This document shows, in pieces, positions 41,508 to 52,900 of a DNA stretch of 64,000 bases. How positions within the stretch are numbered: the stretch's first letter is position 1; each line of letters starts with the position of its first letter. A model generated the notes under the pieces. The model did not search any database and was not told the DNA's origin. It saw only the letters and a list, made by a program, of their open reading frames with translations. Source of the DNA: Cyanobacteria bacterium P01_D01_bin.156 (GTDB lineage: Bacteria; Cyanobacteriota; Cyanobacteriia; Phormidesmidales; Phormidesmidaceae). The stretch is taken from assembly GCA_039024555.1 (NCBI GenBank), contig JBCCQQ010000003.1, forward strand, positions 64,001 through 128,000, given 5' to 3'. A program made the translations under genes and the position numbers.

Positions 41508-42737
41508 ATGAAATCACTACGCTTCGCGATCGCAGCGGTCACCGCCGCCACTCTGACACTGTTTGGAGCCACTACCCGCGTCAATGCTCAAGCCTTTGAC
41601 AGCGTTGAAGTCAGTCAAGACGACTTTGTTCTAGTATCGAGCCCAGGTGGCGGATTGCTCGGTCGACCTCAATTCATGATCATTGAGCAAAAAAGTGATG
41701 CCCAACTGTGCTGGAGTGAGTCTGGTACTAACCCAACACAGGTAGAGCCCCTACTCCTTAACTTTGACTTTTCAGGTATTTGCGGTCGCAGTACTGACAG
41801 CAATGGTTATTCAATTCGTGCAGGTGACGGTGATGCGGGCAGCCGATTTAACCTAGATTTACAGGAAGAAGATGGCGAATATATCCTCGTTGGTCGCCCC
41901 AGCAACTTTCCCACCAATCCCTATCGAAATTCCCCACCCATCCGTCTAGGACGCACGTTTGGTCAGGCCAGTAACGGATTTACCAAGATTTTTCTAAATC
42001 CAGGTTGGCGACTCACCCGTCGTGCCTTTGAAGGCCGTAACCTGGGTCATATGTATCTAACCAACGATGCCACCTTGGCCGCCATCGTCGAACAAGGCGG
42101 GGGTACCGTAATTGCTACGCCGCCGCCCACGGAGCCCCCAACGACTGTCGCATTCCGAGATGTGACCAACGATGTTTATGCAGACCAGATTAGCCGAGCA
42201 GTCGCCATTGGCTTTATTGCTGGATTCCAGGATGGAACTTTTCGCCCTCGTAATTCCCTTACCCGTGAGCAGCTAGTCTCTATGGTGATAGAAGCTTTAG
42301 ATGCCCAGGATAATATCTCCATTGCTCTACCGAGCCAGGTCACTAGTAATCCCTTTTCCGATGTAGTCAGTACTCGCTGGAGTGCTGCCAAGATTCAGTT
42401 TGCCAGCCAAAGTGGGATTGTCAGCGGCTATTTGGATGGTACCTTTCGTCCAGCAGACGAGGTTACACGAGCTGAAATGATTGCCGTACTGCGTCGGGCG
42501 GCTGAATATCGCAAACAGGTACTAGGCCAGGGCACTGCGTTATCTGCAACACAGCAGGCTTTTAGCTTTTCTGACACAGAGGGGCATTGGGCCGCTGACG
42601 TGATTTCAAATCTATCGGCCTACTGTGGTATTGCCACCCCCGTCAATGAGACGGGTTCAGCCTTCATACCCAATAGCGATGCCCTACGTAACTATGCCGC
42701 GACTGCGGTCGTACGTTTGGTAGATTGTTCTAGCTAA
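41508..42737 (+). CDS. DUF3747 + S-layer homology (SLH) domain protein
   Basis: Signal peptide; EPLLLNFDFSGICGRSTDSNGYSIR; SLH repeats GFQDGTFRP..LTRE and GYLDGTFRP..VTRAE. Confidence 0.88.
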   Translation: MKSLRFAIAAVTAATLTLFGATTRVNAQAFDSVEVSQDDFVLVSSPGGGLLGRPQFMIIEQKSDAQLCWSESGTNPTQVEPLLLNFDFSGICGRSTDSNGYSIRAGDGDAGSRFNLDLQEEDGEYILVGRPSNFPTNPYRNSPPIRLGRTFGQASNGFTKIFLNPGWRLTRRAFEGRNLGHMYLTNDATLAAIVEQGGGTVIATPPPTEPPTTVAFRDVTNDVYADQISRAVAIGFIAGFQDGTFRPRNSLTREQLVSMVIEALDAQDNISIALPSQVTSNPFSDVVSTRWSAAKIQFASQSGIVSGYLDGTFRPADEVTRAEMIAVLRRAAEYRKQVLGQGTALSATQQAFSFSDTEGHWAADVISNLSAYCGIATPVNETGSAFIPNSDALRNYAATAVVRLVDCSS

Positions 42738-42807
42738 GAGATAGGAGGATGGTTTTTAAGATCAAATCATCTCTGTCCATAAATCTCAAGCGTTGAATTC
42801 TCCTTGC

Positions 42808-42838
42808 AAGAGGCCGTTCTTAGGAAATGGCCTCTTTT
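42808..42838 (+). terminator. Rho-independent terminator-like hairpin
   Basis: AAGAGGCCGTT / AATGGCCTCTT stem ending in a short T run. Confidence 0.6.
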
Positions 42839-43097
42839 GCTATGGCTGATTTTAGGAATGTAAGGCCCCGTAAGACATTTCAATGCCAAAGATTTGCAAC
42901 CTGCAACCCTCTCGGAAAATAGGCACCCTCTTTCTAATAGTTGTCTGTTCAGATTAAACTCCGTAGCCAATGCAGAAGGCGGCATCATAAAATTGACCCG
43001 TGCAGAGTGAATCATAGAGAAATAAAGCCAATTGACCATATTCAACAGTTAGTTGAATGGGTCATGTTGGGCATAGAGCTATGCGAGTAAATCATCA

Positions 43098-44432
43098 ATG
43101 ACCGTTTCTAGGACTGTATGTATTGGCTTTTTAACGGTCATTACCGTTGGCACGATTTTGCTAATGCTGCCCCTGGCGACGGCAACTGGTGAGTGGAATA
43201 GCCCGATTGTGGCACTATTTACGGCCACATCAGCTGTCTGTGTAACAGGACTGATTGTGGTGGATACGGGGTCCTATTTTTCACCTTTGGGTCAAGGCAT
43301 TATTTTATTGCTGATCCAGCTAGGCGGTCTGGGCTACATGACCGCCACAACATTATTGTTGCTGCTGTTAGGCAAGCGTTTAGGCCTCAAAGATCGTTTA
43401 GCGATTCAGCAATCGTTGGATACAGCAGAGTTATCATCTGCGGCATCACTCATCAAGTCCATTATTGCCATGACGCTCATCTTTGAGCTCAGTGGAGCAT
43501 TTTTGTTGATGCCGCGCTTTAATGCGGACTACGGCACCGGGAAAAGTTTATGGCTATCCATTTTTCACAGCATCAGTGCATTTAACAATGCTGGGTTTAG
43601 TTTGTTTGCCGATAGTCTGGTGCAATATGCACGATCTCCTTGGGTCAGCGGCGTAATTGCTGCACTAGTCATCATCGGCGGCATTGGCTACCAGGTAATT
43701 ATGGAGTCGTTTATTTGGCTGCGCGATCGCATCCTTCGCAAACGTCATCATCAGGTTTTTTCGCTCCACTTCAAAGTAGTCACCAGTACCTCTTTTGTTC
43801 TTTTGCTGCTGGGTACCCTTGCCTTCTTTGCAGTTGAATTTTTTAACCCAGCGACGCTTGGTCCCGCACCGCTCAATATGAAACTGCTGGAGGCGGGCTT
43901 TCAGTCAGTGATTATGCGAACCGCGGGGTTTAATTCCATTGATATTGGGGCGATGCGCACGAGTTCATTATTTATTGCGATCGCGCTAATGTTTATTGGC
44001 GCTAGCCCAGGCAGTACGGGCGGCGGCATTAAAACTACGACGGTCCGTATTTTGCTGAATTGCACCCGCACAGTACTTAAAGGAGAGGATGAAGTACTGG
44101 CCTACCAACGAGAAATTCCAGATAAGCGGGTATTAAAAGCAGTAGGCGTTGTAGTGGCTTCGGGTATGACAGTGGTCATGGTGACAATATTGTTATCACT
44201 AGCAGATCCAGGAATTCAGTTTATCGATCTGCTGTTTGAAGCAGTTTCAGCCTTTGCCACAGTAGGTCTTTCCACAGGAATTACGTCAGAGCTATCAACT
44301 CTAGGCCAGTGCATCATTATTATCACCATGTATATTGGCCGAGTAGGGATTCTATTACTGATGTCGGCATTGTTAGGAGACCCCAAACCCAGTAGCATTC
44401 ACTACCCAGAAGAAGACCTATTAGTAGGCTAA
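43098..44432 (+). CDS. ktrB: TrkH/KtrB potassium uptake membrane protein
   Basis: Pore loops SAVCVTGL, SAFNNAGF, RTAGF, SAFATVGLS; GSTGGGIK. Confidence 0.88.
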   Translation: MTVSRTVCIGFLTVITVGTILLMLPLATATGEWNSPIVALFTATSAVCVTGLIVVDTGSYFSPLGQGIILLLIQLGGLGYMTATTLLLLLLGKRLGLKDRLAIQQSLDTAELSSAASLIKSIIAMTLIFELSGAFLLMPRFNADYGTGKSLWLSIFHSISAFNNAGFSLFADSLVQYARSPWVSGVIAALVIIGGIGYQVIMESFIWLRDRILRKRHHQVFSLHFKVVTSTSFVLLLLGTLAFFAVEFFNPATLGPAPLNMKLLEAGFQSVIMRTAGFNSIDIGAMRTSSLFIAIALMFIGASPGSTGGGIKTTTVRILLNCTRTVLKGEDEVLAYQREIPDKRVLKAVGVVVASGMTVVMVTILLSLADPGIQFIDLLFEAVSAFATVGLSTGITSELSTLGQCIIIITMYIGRVGILLLMSALLGDPKPSSIHYPEEDLLVG

Positions 44433-44496
44433 GAGCCAACTATGGAATTAATAGCAGCTCTTAGCAAGAAGAAAAGACAAGTCCTATGAATTCCGG

Positions 44497-45978
44497 TTAG
44501 ACAGCCGGACTAGGAATTGTAATGTCGATGGGGGTAATTTTTACTTCTTCAGCAAGAGTCCCTAAGGAAGGATCAATGTCTTCGAGATTACCCACCACAA
44601 TGGTGACTAAATCACTTGGCTTCAGATTACGCTGTGCAGCTTCTAGTACCTGCTCTACAGTTGCTGACTCCACCGCCTTTTGAAACTGAAAAACAAAGTC
44701 TTCAGGATAACCGTAGTACTCGTAGCGAATCAACCGAGACAATGTTTGCTCTGGCGTTGCAAAGTTAAACACAAAGCTATTAAGCACAGCATCCTTCGCA
44801 AATTGCAATTCCTCGGCTGTGATTGGCTCCTTGCGAACTCGCTGAATCTCCTCATACATCGTTTGAATAAAGGGTACAGTCGCATCAGAGCGCGTTTGTC
44901 CACCACCGATAAACAAACCAGGATGATCGTAGCGAGGGCTCCAAAAGGCATAGACCACATAGGCTAGACCCTGGCGAGAACGAATATCGTTAAACAGTCG
45001 ACCACCAAATCCATTGAGCACTTCATTCAAAATCACCATGGGAGCATGGTCTGGGTTATCTAACCGTCCACCCAAATGGCCAATGTGAATATAGCTTTGC
45101 GTTAGCTGGGGCTGATCAACTACATAGAGACCATTAGTTTGTTGTTGCACTTGTGGCAGTGCAACATTTGCCTTAGCCCGAACAGATGGCGACCAATCAG
45201 CAAAAAACTCTTCAATGAGAGACTTCATTTGAACAGAGTCAAAGTCTCCGCTAATGCCTAAAATAGTTCCACTGGGCTGAATTGCAGACTCATAAAAATC
45301 CACAATATCATCACGGGAAATATTGTCGATATCGGTGTATTCCACCATCCGCGCAAAGGGGCTTTCATCACCATAAATGAGTTTACGAAACTCACGGGTA
45401 GCCACTTCATCGGGGTCATCATTACGACGAGCAATACCTCCACGATACTGGCTTTTAATCAGGTCAATCTTATCTTCGGCAAACGCAGGTTGCTGAATCA
45501 CCTCAGCAAAGATGGCAAATACATCGGATAGATCTTCACTGAGCACATTAAAACTCGCACTACCGCTAGTAGAGCCAACACCGGATTCTACAGATGCAGC
45601 TCGCTGTTCTAAAAACTGATTTAGCTCATCTGGCGTGTAGCTAGCGGTCCCTCCCACTCGCATAGCCTCGCCCATCATGGCAGCTAGCCCTGTTTTATTT
45701 GCAGGTTCCATGAATTCCCCTGCTTTAAACGTGGCTGTACCACTAATTAAGGGCAAATCATGCTGCTCCATCAGGTAAACGACCATACCGTTAGGCAGTT
45801 CATAGCGCTCAAAGTCAGGAATCTGAATTTCTCCAAGGGTGCCAAATTCTAGATCAGTGTAGTGACGAGCAGTCACAGCATTGGCAGGTTTATTCCAGCC
45901 CAGAGTGAGCACCAGCCCTAGGGTGACCATAGCCAAAGAGAACCCTGTAATCAGACGACGTTTGGAAAGCCAGAACAT
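44497..45978 (-). CDS. M16 peptidase, non-catalytic subunit
   Basis: LPNGM, RLFNDIRSRQGLAY; HxxEH absent. Confidence 0.88.
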   Translation of the reverse strand: MFWLSKRRLITGFSLAMVTLGLVLTLGWNKPANAVTARHYTDLEFGTLGEIQIPDFERYELPNGMVVYLMEQHDLPLISGTATFKAGEFMEPANKTGLAAMMGEAMRVGGTASYTPDELNQFLEQRAASVESGVGSTSGSASFNVLSEDLSDVFAIFAEVIQQPAFAEDKIDLIKSQYRGGIARRNDDPDEVATREFRKLIYGDESPFARMVEYTDIDNISRDDIVDFYESAIQPSGTILGISGDFDSVQMKSLIEEFFADWSPSVRAKANVALPQVQQQTNGLYVVDQPQLTQSYIHIGHLGGRLDNPDHAPMVILNEVLNGFGGRLFNDIRSRQGLAYVVYAFWSPRYDHPGLFIGGGQTRSDATVPFIQTMYEEIQRVRKEPITAEELQFAKDAVLNSFVFNFATPEQTLSRLIRYEYYGYPEDFVFQFQKAVESATVEQVLEAAQRNLKPSDLVTIVVGNLEDIDPSLGTLAEEVKITPIDITIPSPAV

Positions 45979-46051
45979 AGATTATTGGAAAATAGAGAAA
46001 CTAAGGAAGGCGGGTGAGCAATGGACCCGTCCAAGATGAACTATCTGCTAG

Positions 46052-47632
46052 TTACGGTTCTGCCGATAGCAGCTTACCAACGGTGCGATTGCTGGGCACA
46101 AAGGTTGCTTTTGCAACTCGCTGTACATCGTCAGCTGTCACTGCTTCAATCGCCTTGAGTTCTTCAAATACATTGCGCCAATCATTGGTTTTCGCTTCGT
46201 ATTCGGTCAGAATACTGGCCATACCGGAATTGGAATCTAAACTGCGCAGCAAGGCAGCTCTAGCCTGAGTTTTAACGCGCTCCAATTCTTCTGGAGTTAC
46301 AGGTTTTTCCTGAAGCTCTGTAAGCAAAGCTTCTACATGGTCTCCCAGTTCGTCTACAGTACTTCCAGGAGCCGTTAACGCATACAAAAGCAGAATGTTG
46401 CCGTAACGGTCACCGGGGAAACCATTGGCGCTACCAATATTGAGGGCTATCTGTGACTGCTGCACCATATCTTGGTACATGCGTGATGTCCGACCACCGA
46501 CCAAAATACTTTCGATCATGGAGTACACCACATGATCAGGATGGTTAATCCCTGGTCGATGAAAGCCTTCTAGATACCAGGGTTGGCTAGGTAATGTGAG
46601 TTCGAATGATTTCGGTTGCGTCTGGGTTGGTTCTTGGACCGTCACCTCAGGGGGTAATCCGCGGGACTGCATGCGGCCAAAGTAGGCCTGGGCTAATGAT
46701 TTGACATTATCGGGATCAACATCTCCCACCACAGCAGCGATGAGGTTGCTAGGCCCATAGTAAGCATCAAAAAACTTGGAAATATCTTCACGGGTAGCGA
46801 CACGAAGATCTTCTTGATAGCCAATGACAGGACGCCGATAGGGATGCTCATCAAAAGCAACCTCAAGAAACTTTTCCACGATTTGACCAATGGGGGAATT
46901 ATCTACCCGCATACGGCGCTCTTCAAGAATGACTTGTTTTTCTTTATAGAATTCTCGAAAGACTGGATCAATAAAACGCTCAGATTCCAGGGACATCCAT
47001 AGCTCTAATTTATTGGAAGGCAAGCTGTAAAAGTAGCGTGTGGCATCTGCAGATGTGGTTGCATTCAGGCCCCGACCGCCAAATTGCTCAATAATCTGAC
47101 CAAACTTGTTTTGCTCAACGTATGTTGAGGCTTGGGCTTGCAGGGTATCAAACTGTGATTGCAATGCCGCAGTTGCTTGCTCATCCCCTGCTTTTTCAGC
47201 CGCCATTAACTGATCGAAAACGACGTCCATCTCCTGGAGCAAAGGAGCCTCGGCCTGATAATCAGTAGTACCGATTTTAGTCGTTCCTTTGAAAGCCAAA
47301 TGTTCTAGGTAATGGGCAACACCGGTATGACCATCTTCTTCATTGACAGCACCTACCTTGGCGTACAGCATCATCGATGCCACAGGAGCTTGATGCCTCT
47401 CTAAGACGATAAATTTCATGCCATTGTCCAGCGTGAACTCGCTCACACTGTTGGCCACACGATCTAGATAAGGCTGAATCGAACTCTCTGTATTAGCAGC
47501 CAGCTGGTCCTGAGGCACTGCATTGACTGCTTGCGCCCATGCAGGGGAGATTAACCCCAACCACATGAAAACAGACAAAATGACGACCCATATCCGCGTT
47601 ACTTTAGCCCTAGCCAACGGAGTTACGCCCAT
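46052..47632 (-). CDS. M16 zinc peptidase, catalytic subunit
   Basis: TGVAHYLEHLAFKGT (HxxEH), NATTS, EERRMR. Confidence 0.92.
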   Translation of the reverse strand: MGVTPLARAKVTRIWVVILSVFMWLGLISPAWAQAVNAVPQDQLAANTESSIQPYLDRVANSVSEFTLDNGMKFIVLERHQAPVASMMLYAKVGAVNEEDGHTGVAHYLEHLAFKGTTKIGTTDYQAEAPLLQEMDVVFDQLMAAEKAGDEQATAALQSQFDTLQAQASTYVEQNKFGQIIEQFGGRGLNATTSADATRYFYSLPSNKLELWMSLESERFIDPVFREFYKEKQVILEERRMRVDNSPIGQIVEKFLEVAFDEHPYRRPVIGYQEDLRVATREDISKFFDAYYGPSNLIAAVVGDVDPDNVKSLAQAYFGRMQSRGLPPEVTVQEPTQTQPKSFELTLPSQPWYLEGFHRPGINHPDHVVYSMIESILVGGRTSRMYQDMVQQSQIALNIGSANGFPGDRYGNILLLYALTAPGSTVDELGDHVEALLTELQEKPVTPEELERVKTQARAALLRSLDSNSGMASILTEYEAKTNDWRNVFEELKAIEAVTADDVQRVAKATFVPSNRTVGKLLSAEP

Positions 47633-47735
47633 AGCACCTCAGCGCAAAATACCGTTACCAGCATAGATACTTTTCTTGATGTTGTGTCAAAAAGATGGGG
47701 ACATTCAGCCAAAATCGACAATACTTGCCCCTTAG

Positions 47736-48023
47736 CTAAGATCTCATGTGACACATATGAACCTTATAGAAGGCAAACACTTCGAAAAGACCACCGACAA
47801 TGCTTAGAGTCAGACAGATAGTAAGAACACCTTGACTCAAGTTACCAGCGCCAAAGGTCATCAAAAAATCAACGAGATGCCCTCGCGCCAATTCACTAAC
47901 GACGGACAAGGGAGACCATACTCCTATGGACAAAGCGCCAAGCGCCGCGCCTAGCCCGATAGCGGGTAGCGAAAAGCAGATTATGAGAGTTATTACCAAC
48001 GAACTTAACAACTGAAAGCCCAT
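47736..48023 (-). CDS. Hypothetical small membrane protein
   Basis: 95 aa hydrophobic ORF with AGGAGG RBS. Confidence 0.7.
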   Translation of the reverse strand: MGFQLLSSLVITLIICFSLPAIGLGAALGALSIGVWSPLSVVSELARGHLVDFLMTFGAGNLSQGVLTICLTLSIVGGLFEVFAFYKVHMCHMRS

Positions 48024-48263
48024 TTATACCTCCTGCCACGTTGTGACCAAATGGGCATGAAAAACGTAACCATCCCCAACGATAAGAGGAATATGTGTAA
48101 ATAGAAGCCAACTTGAGAAATCTTAAATTTTCATAAAATTACAGAGCATTTAGTCCGTTACCTTCACGGAGCCCGTCAGTCTTTAAGCGATCAGATGCGC
48201 TATTAGGATAAGTAGTGTGGCTTCATATAACATCAGGTCTACTAGCAAAAAGGAAATATACTC

Positions 48264-49049
48264 TTGTCTGCCGCATTTTCTACATCAAGCTTAGTTAAAT
48301 GGGGGCAACGGTTATTTGCTGCCGTGCTACTTGGTGGCCAGGTAATTGTGCACTTACTGACTCGTCCCCTCCATCGACGCAATACTGTTGAACAAATGGC
48401 AGCTGTAGGGCCGGAGTCTTTACTCATTACTCTGGTGACGGCTAGCTTTGTTGGCATGGTGTTTACTATCCAAGTCACCCGAGAATTTATTAATTTTGGA
48501 GCGAGTACAGCAGTAGGTGGAGTTCTTGCACTGACATTGGCTCGGGAGCTCGCCCCGGTATTAACCGCCGTGATTATTGCTGGACGGGTGGGTTCTGCTT
48601 TTGCAGCGGAAATCGGCACTATGCAAGTCACAGAGCAAATTGACGCTCTGCAGCTACTCAAAACCGATCCAGTGGATTATCTAGTGCTGCCTCGGGTTGT
48701 CGCCTGTGCGTTAATGCTACCGTTACTCACAATTTTGTCATTTATTACGGGCATGACAGGGGGGCTGCTAATCACCACCACAATGTTCAATATTTCTCAG
48801 GCTGTATTTCTAGATTCGGCCCGAGTATTTATGACGATCTGGGACTTGGTAAGCGCCATCATTAAAGCACTTGTCTTTGGTTCGTTGATTGCCATTATTG
48901 GCTCTAGCTGGGGGCTCACCACCACTGGCGGGGCAAAAGGCGTTGGCCAATCGACCACGACTGCGGTTGTGACGGCACTGCTAGCAATTTTTATTACTAA
49001 CTTTTTCCTATCCTGGCTAATGTTTCAAAGCTCAGCTCTCAATTTCTAG
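48264..49049 (+). CDS. mlaE: MlaE family lipid ABC transporter permease
   Basis: RELAPVLTA, GRVGSAFAAEIGTMQVTEQIDAL, GGAKGVG..TT.AVV. Confidence 0.9.
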   Translation: MSAAFSTSSLVKWGQRLFAAVLLGGQVIVHLLTRPLHRRNTVEQMAAVGPESLLITLVTASFVGMVFTIQVTREFINFGASTAVGGVLALTLARELAPVLTAVIIAGRVGSAFAAEIGTMQVTEQIDALQLLKTDPVDYLVLPRVVACALMLPLLTILSFITGMTGGLLITTTMFNISQAVFLDSARVFMTIWDLVSAIIKALVFGSLIAIIGSSWGLTTTGGAKGVGQSTTTAVVTALLAIFITNFFLSWLMFQSSALNF

Positions 49050-49092
49050 GGATTTGAAAATTTACTGAGCAGGGACGTTAAGTATTTTCGGC

Positions 49093-49536
49093 CTAAATAC
49101 TCACCTCAGTCAGCTTGTTGAGATAGCGTTCAATCAGCAAAATAGCGACGATATCATCAATGGGACGTGGGATGCTGCGCATACTCTGAGGCAGCAGTCG
49201 AGTGATGCCTTGGGGAGGAAACATTTCCCAGTAGCGATCGCGAGCTTCTAAACTGCTATAACGCTCATCCACCAGAATCACATTTGGCCCTTCCTGAAGA
49301 CGAGATAGCTCCTGCTTCCAGAGGTTTGCTCCAGTTTGATCGCCCATCACAATCAGGGAAATCGGATAGGTCTGACGTAGGGCCTCAATATGTTCAACCA
49401 CCTCAGCTACAGCCACCACCTCGTGATAGCACAGCGAACGATCCAACCCTACAATCGCCAACCCACATTTATGACGGCCTGGATCAAATCCTAAAATTAC
49501 GGGCTGCGATAGCTTGGAAAAAACAGTAGAGGTCAC
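49093..49536 (-). CDS. YqgF/RuvX-family nuclease
   Basis: ILGFDPGRHKCG, VMGDQT, VDERYSS, DDIVAILL. Confidence 0.88.
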   Translation of the reverse strand: MTSTVFSKLSQPVILGFDPGRHKCGLAIVGLDRSLCYHEVVAVAEVVEHIEALRQTYPISLIVMGDQTGANLWKQELSRLQEGPNVILVDERYSSLEARDRYWEMFPPQGITRLLPQSMRSIPRPIDDIVAILLIERYLNKLTEVSI

Positions 49537-49907
49537 AGAGCTATTAAGAATTTTGTAAAAGTACGTGTTATTGAAGCAGGGTGGCTATTTTCAAATTTGT
49601 TGGGAGCGGAGCCAGTTAAAAAGTTGGCCTGATCTAAGCATTATTATTTTACGACTATTTTAAAGATGCCTGTAGGACTTAGGTCAATTCTGCAAATTGG
49701 GTAACAGTCGCTTGCGCTTTCAACAAAATCTGGCAAACTAAAGTCTGGCGAATCAATATATTGGGTATTACTGTTCTAGCGTAGTAGCAAAATATTCACC
49801 GGTTCGTTTAGTGACCCACCATCGCTTGCGGTTTGACATGCACTATTCGCTCTCAGTAGCTGTGACTTACGCACCAGATGTGAATAGAATGCAAACGTTA
49901 CGGTCTA

Positions 49908-49921
49908 AGTACAATTGTACG
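49908..49921. promoter_or_regulatory. Putative LexA box upstream of smc
   Basis: AGTACAATTGTACG, exact match to RGTACNNNDGTWCB, 24 bp before the GTG start. Confidence 0.65.
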
Positions 49922-49945
49922 CACTAGTTCGAGTGCGATTGCTTT

Positions 49946-52900
49946 GTGCATGTAAAACGAGTTGAGCTTTCCCACTTTAAGTCTTTCGGAGGAACAACTC
50001 AGGTTCCTCTGTTGCCGGGCTTTACCGTCATTTCTGGCCCCAATGGCTCGGGGAAGTCAAACATTCTGGATGCACTTTTATTTTGTTTGGGACTGGCAAG
50101 TTCTAAAGGCATGCGGGCCGAACGTTTGCCAGATCTTGTCAATCAGAGCCATGCCAGTCGCCGCTCTACAGCAGAAGCCATTGTGACCGCTACATTTGAC
50201 ATTAGCGATGTTTCTGCAGAGTTAATGAAGGATGAAGCAAGTGACCCCAGCTCTTCACAGGTAGAAGAAACATCCCCTGAGCCAGATAACTCTAGTTTAG
50301 AAACTCCAGACATTAACCCCCGTGAAAATTCTCAATTGGAATCGGTTTCTGAAGCCACCAATTTACAGCCAGAGGCAGTCCAGGATGACAAAGCTGGTCA
50401 TAGTAATGGTGCAGCAAAACCCGATAACGTAGTTCCCATACCTAGAGAATGGAGCGTAACGCGCCGTCTGCGAATTACGGCCCAAGGTACTTACACCTCC
50501 AATTACTTTATCAATGGTCAACCCTGCACCCTGACCGAACTGCACGAACAGCTACAGCGATTTCGCATTTACCCTGAAGGCTACAATGTGGTGCTTCAGG
50601 GGGACGTTACCAGCATTATCTCGATGAAAGCGCGAGAACGTCGAGAAATTATTGACGAGCTGGCGGGTGTGGCGTCCTTTGATCGCAAAATTGATCAAGC
50701 TAAGCTCAAACTAGACATGGTGCGGGAGCGGGAAGAACGCTTTCGCATCGTCGAACGAGAGTTGATCGATCAGTTAGAGCGTCTCGACCAAGATCGAAAA
50801 AAGGCAGAAAAATACAAGCAGCTTAGAGCCACTCTCCAAGAAAAAACGCAATGGCAAACGGTACTGGAATGGCGGCAGCAACAAAAGCAAGTTGAGACCT
50901 TGGCAGGTCAAATAGTTGCAGGAACTCAGCAGGCCGAGGAACTAACCCAGCAACGAACATCCCTGGTAGCCCTGATTGAAACCACCGCTAAGGAGCTAGA
51001 AGTGCTCAACGCTAAAGTCAAAGCATTGGGAGAGGACGAGCATTTAGCACTGCAATCGAAGCTGGCCACCCAAGAAGCTGAGCTGCGTCAGCTAGAGCGT
51101 CAGGAACAAGCGCTTGGCCAAGCCACTCGCGAGCTAGCGGCTAAACTCCAAGCCACACAAGTGGAGCTACAACAGCAAAATAAAGAGTTAGCCACGCTCG
51201 GTCAACAGCTGAGTACCTTGAAAAATACTGAGCTGGTAAGACTAGAGGCAGACCGTAACCAAGCGGCTCAAGCCGTCGAAGCAAGTCGAGAAGCCACCAG
51301 TGCCATTGCATCCGCTTCCCAAGCCTGGGTAGAAACCCAAACCACACTACGCCGTGAAATCGAAGCATTGCTAAAGGTCCTGGAGCCCCAGCGTTCTGAG
51401 CAGGTGCGATTACAGGAACGGCTGAATCAGCTACAAAGCCAAATTACGGCTCAAACAGAGACGGTTCAAAGTCTGCAATCAGAGGTACAAGCATCCCAAC
51501 CAAGCGGTGAAACCGATCTCTCAAGTACTGAAACAGCAATTCAAAATCTGGCTCAAGCTGTCGCAGCTGGCGAGCAAGAGCTCAAAATTCAACGAGAAAC
51601 CCGCGATCGCTTACTGCGAGAACAGCGAGAAAAGCAACGAGCTCTGGACAAACTCGAAGCCGAAGAGCAAGCCCTCCAGGAAACTCGTGGCACCCAAGCG
51701 ACGGAAGTATTAGTCAAAAGCGGGCTAACGGGTATCTGTGGTCTGGTAGCTCAATTAGGACGAGTCGATCCTAAGTACCAAACTGCGTTAGAAATTGCAG
51801 CGGGAGCCCGTCTCGGCTATTTGGTCGTGGATAACGACGGTGTAGCCGCTAGGGGCATCGACATCCTTAAACGCCAACGGGCCGGTCGTGCCACATTCCT
51901 GCCCCTCAATTCAATTCGTGCTCCTCGGATACAAAAAGTAGGTCGTTGGGAACGCCCAGACGGCTTTATTGACTATGCCGTCGATTTAATTGAGTGCGAG
52001 GACAACTACCGCGATGTATTTGCCTTCGTGTTTGGTGGCACGGTGGTGTTTGAACGTTTGGGCGATGCCCGTCGTCACCTGGGCAAATTTCGTATGGTTA
52101 CCCTGGAGGGTGAAATCTTAGAAAGCAGTGGTGCCATGACCGGCGGCAGTCTGCGCCGTCAGGGTCGGCTGCATTTTGGCACGGTTGATCCAGGCGAGTC
52201 TTCAGAAGCGAAGGCTTTACGGGAACGCCTAGAAGAAATCGAGCGAATTTTGTCGGGCTGCGATCGCGCCCTAGCGAAAGCTGACACCCAGGTAAAAAAC
52301 CAATCCAAAGCACTGCTAGAGACCCGACAAACCTACCGCGAACAGCAACTGCAAAACAATCAAGCCCAACAACAACAGCAGCAGCTACAGCAGCGTCTGG
52401 AAAAAGCTCAGCAGCAGCTCCAGAACTATCAACGCGAACATACCGCTGCTCAAAAAAGACTGGAAGAATTAGAAAAAGCCCTCCCCGATCAAGAACATAG
52501 GCTCCAGCAAAAACGCCAGGAACTCACCCAGCTTGAAGGCTCCCAAACCCATAGCGAATGGCAGCAAGCCCAGGGTAAAGTGCGCGCCCTCGAAACAGAA
52601 TTAACCGAACGGCAGAAAGCTCTGCAAACAGCTCAGCAGCACCAAAACGAACTAGAGGCCCAGCAACAGCGTCTGCAAGAAAAAATTCAGACCGGTCAGC
52701 AGACCATTGAGCAGTCCCGACAACAGCAACAAGCTCAAATTAATCAACAAACTGAGCTCAACAAACAGCAGGCCACCCTTAAAGAAGAAATTATCGCTAC
52801 CCAGGCGGCCATTGCTGAATTAGATAAAACCCTAGCTGGGGAAAAGGTAGAGCGCGATCGCAAAGAACACCAGCTACGGGACCAACGCAACCAGCTACAA

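Noticed and set aside
42740..43097. c-di-AMP (ydaO) riboswitch upstream of ktrB, and ORF 42767..43045
   Set aside because: No ydaO consensus elements seen; the hairpin is explained as a terminator; the ORF has no recognisable motifs
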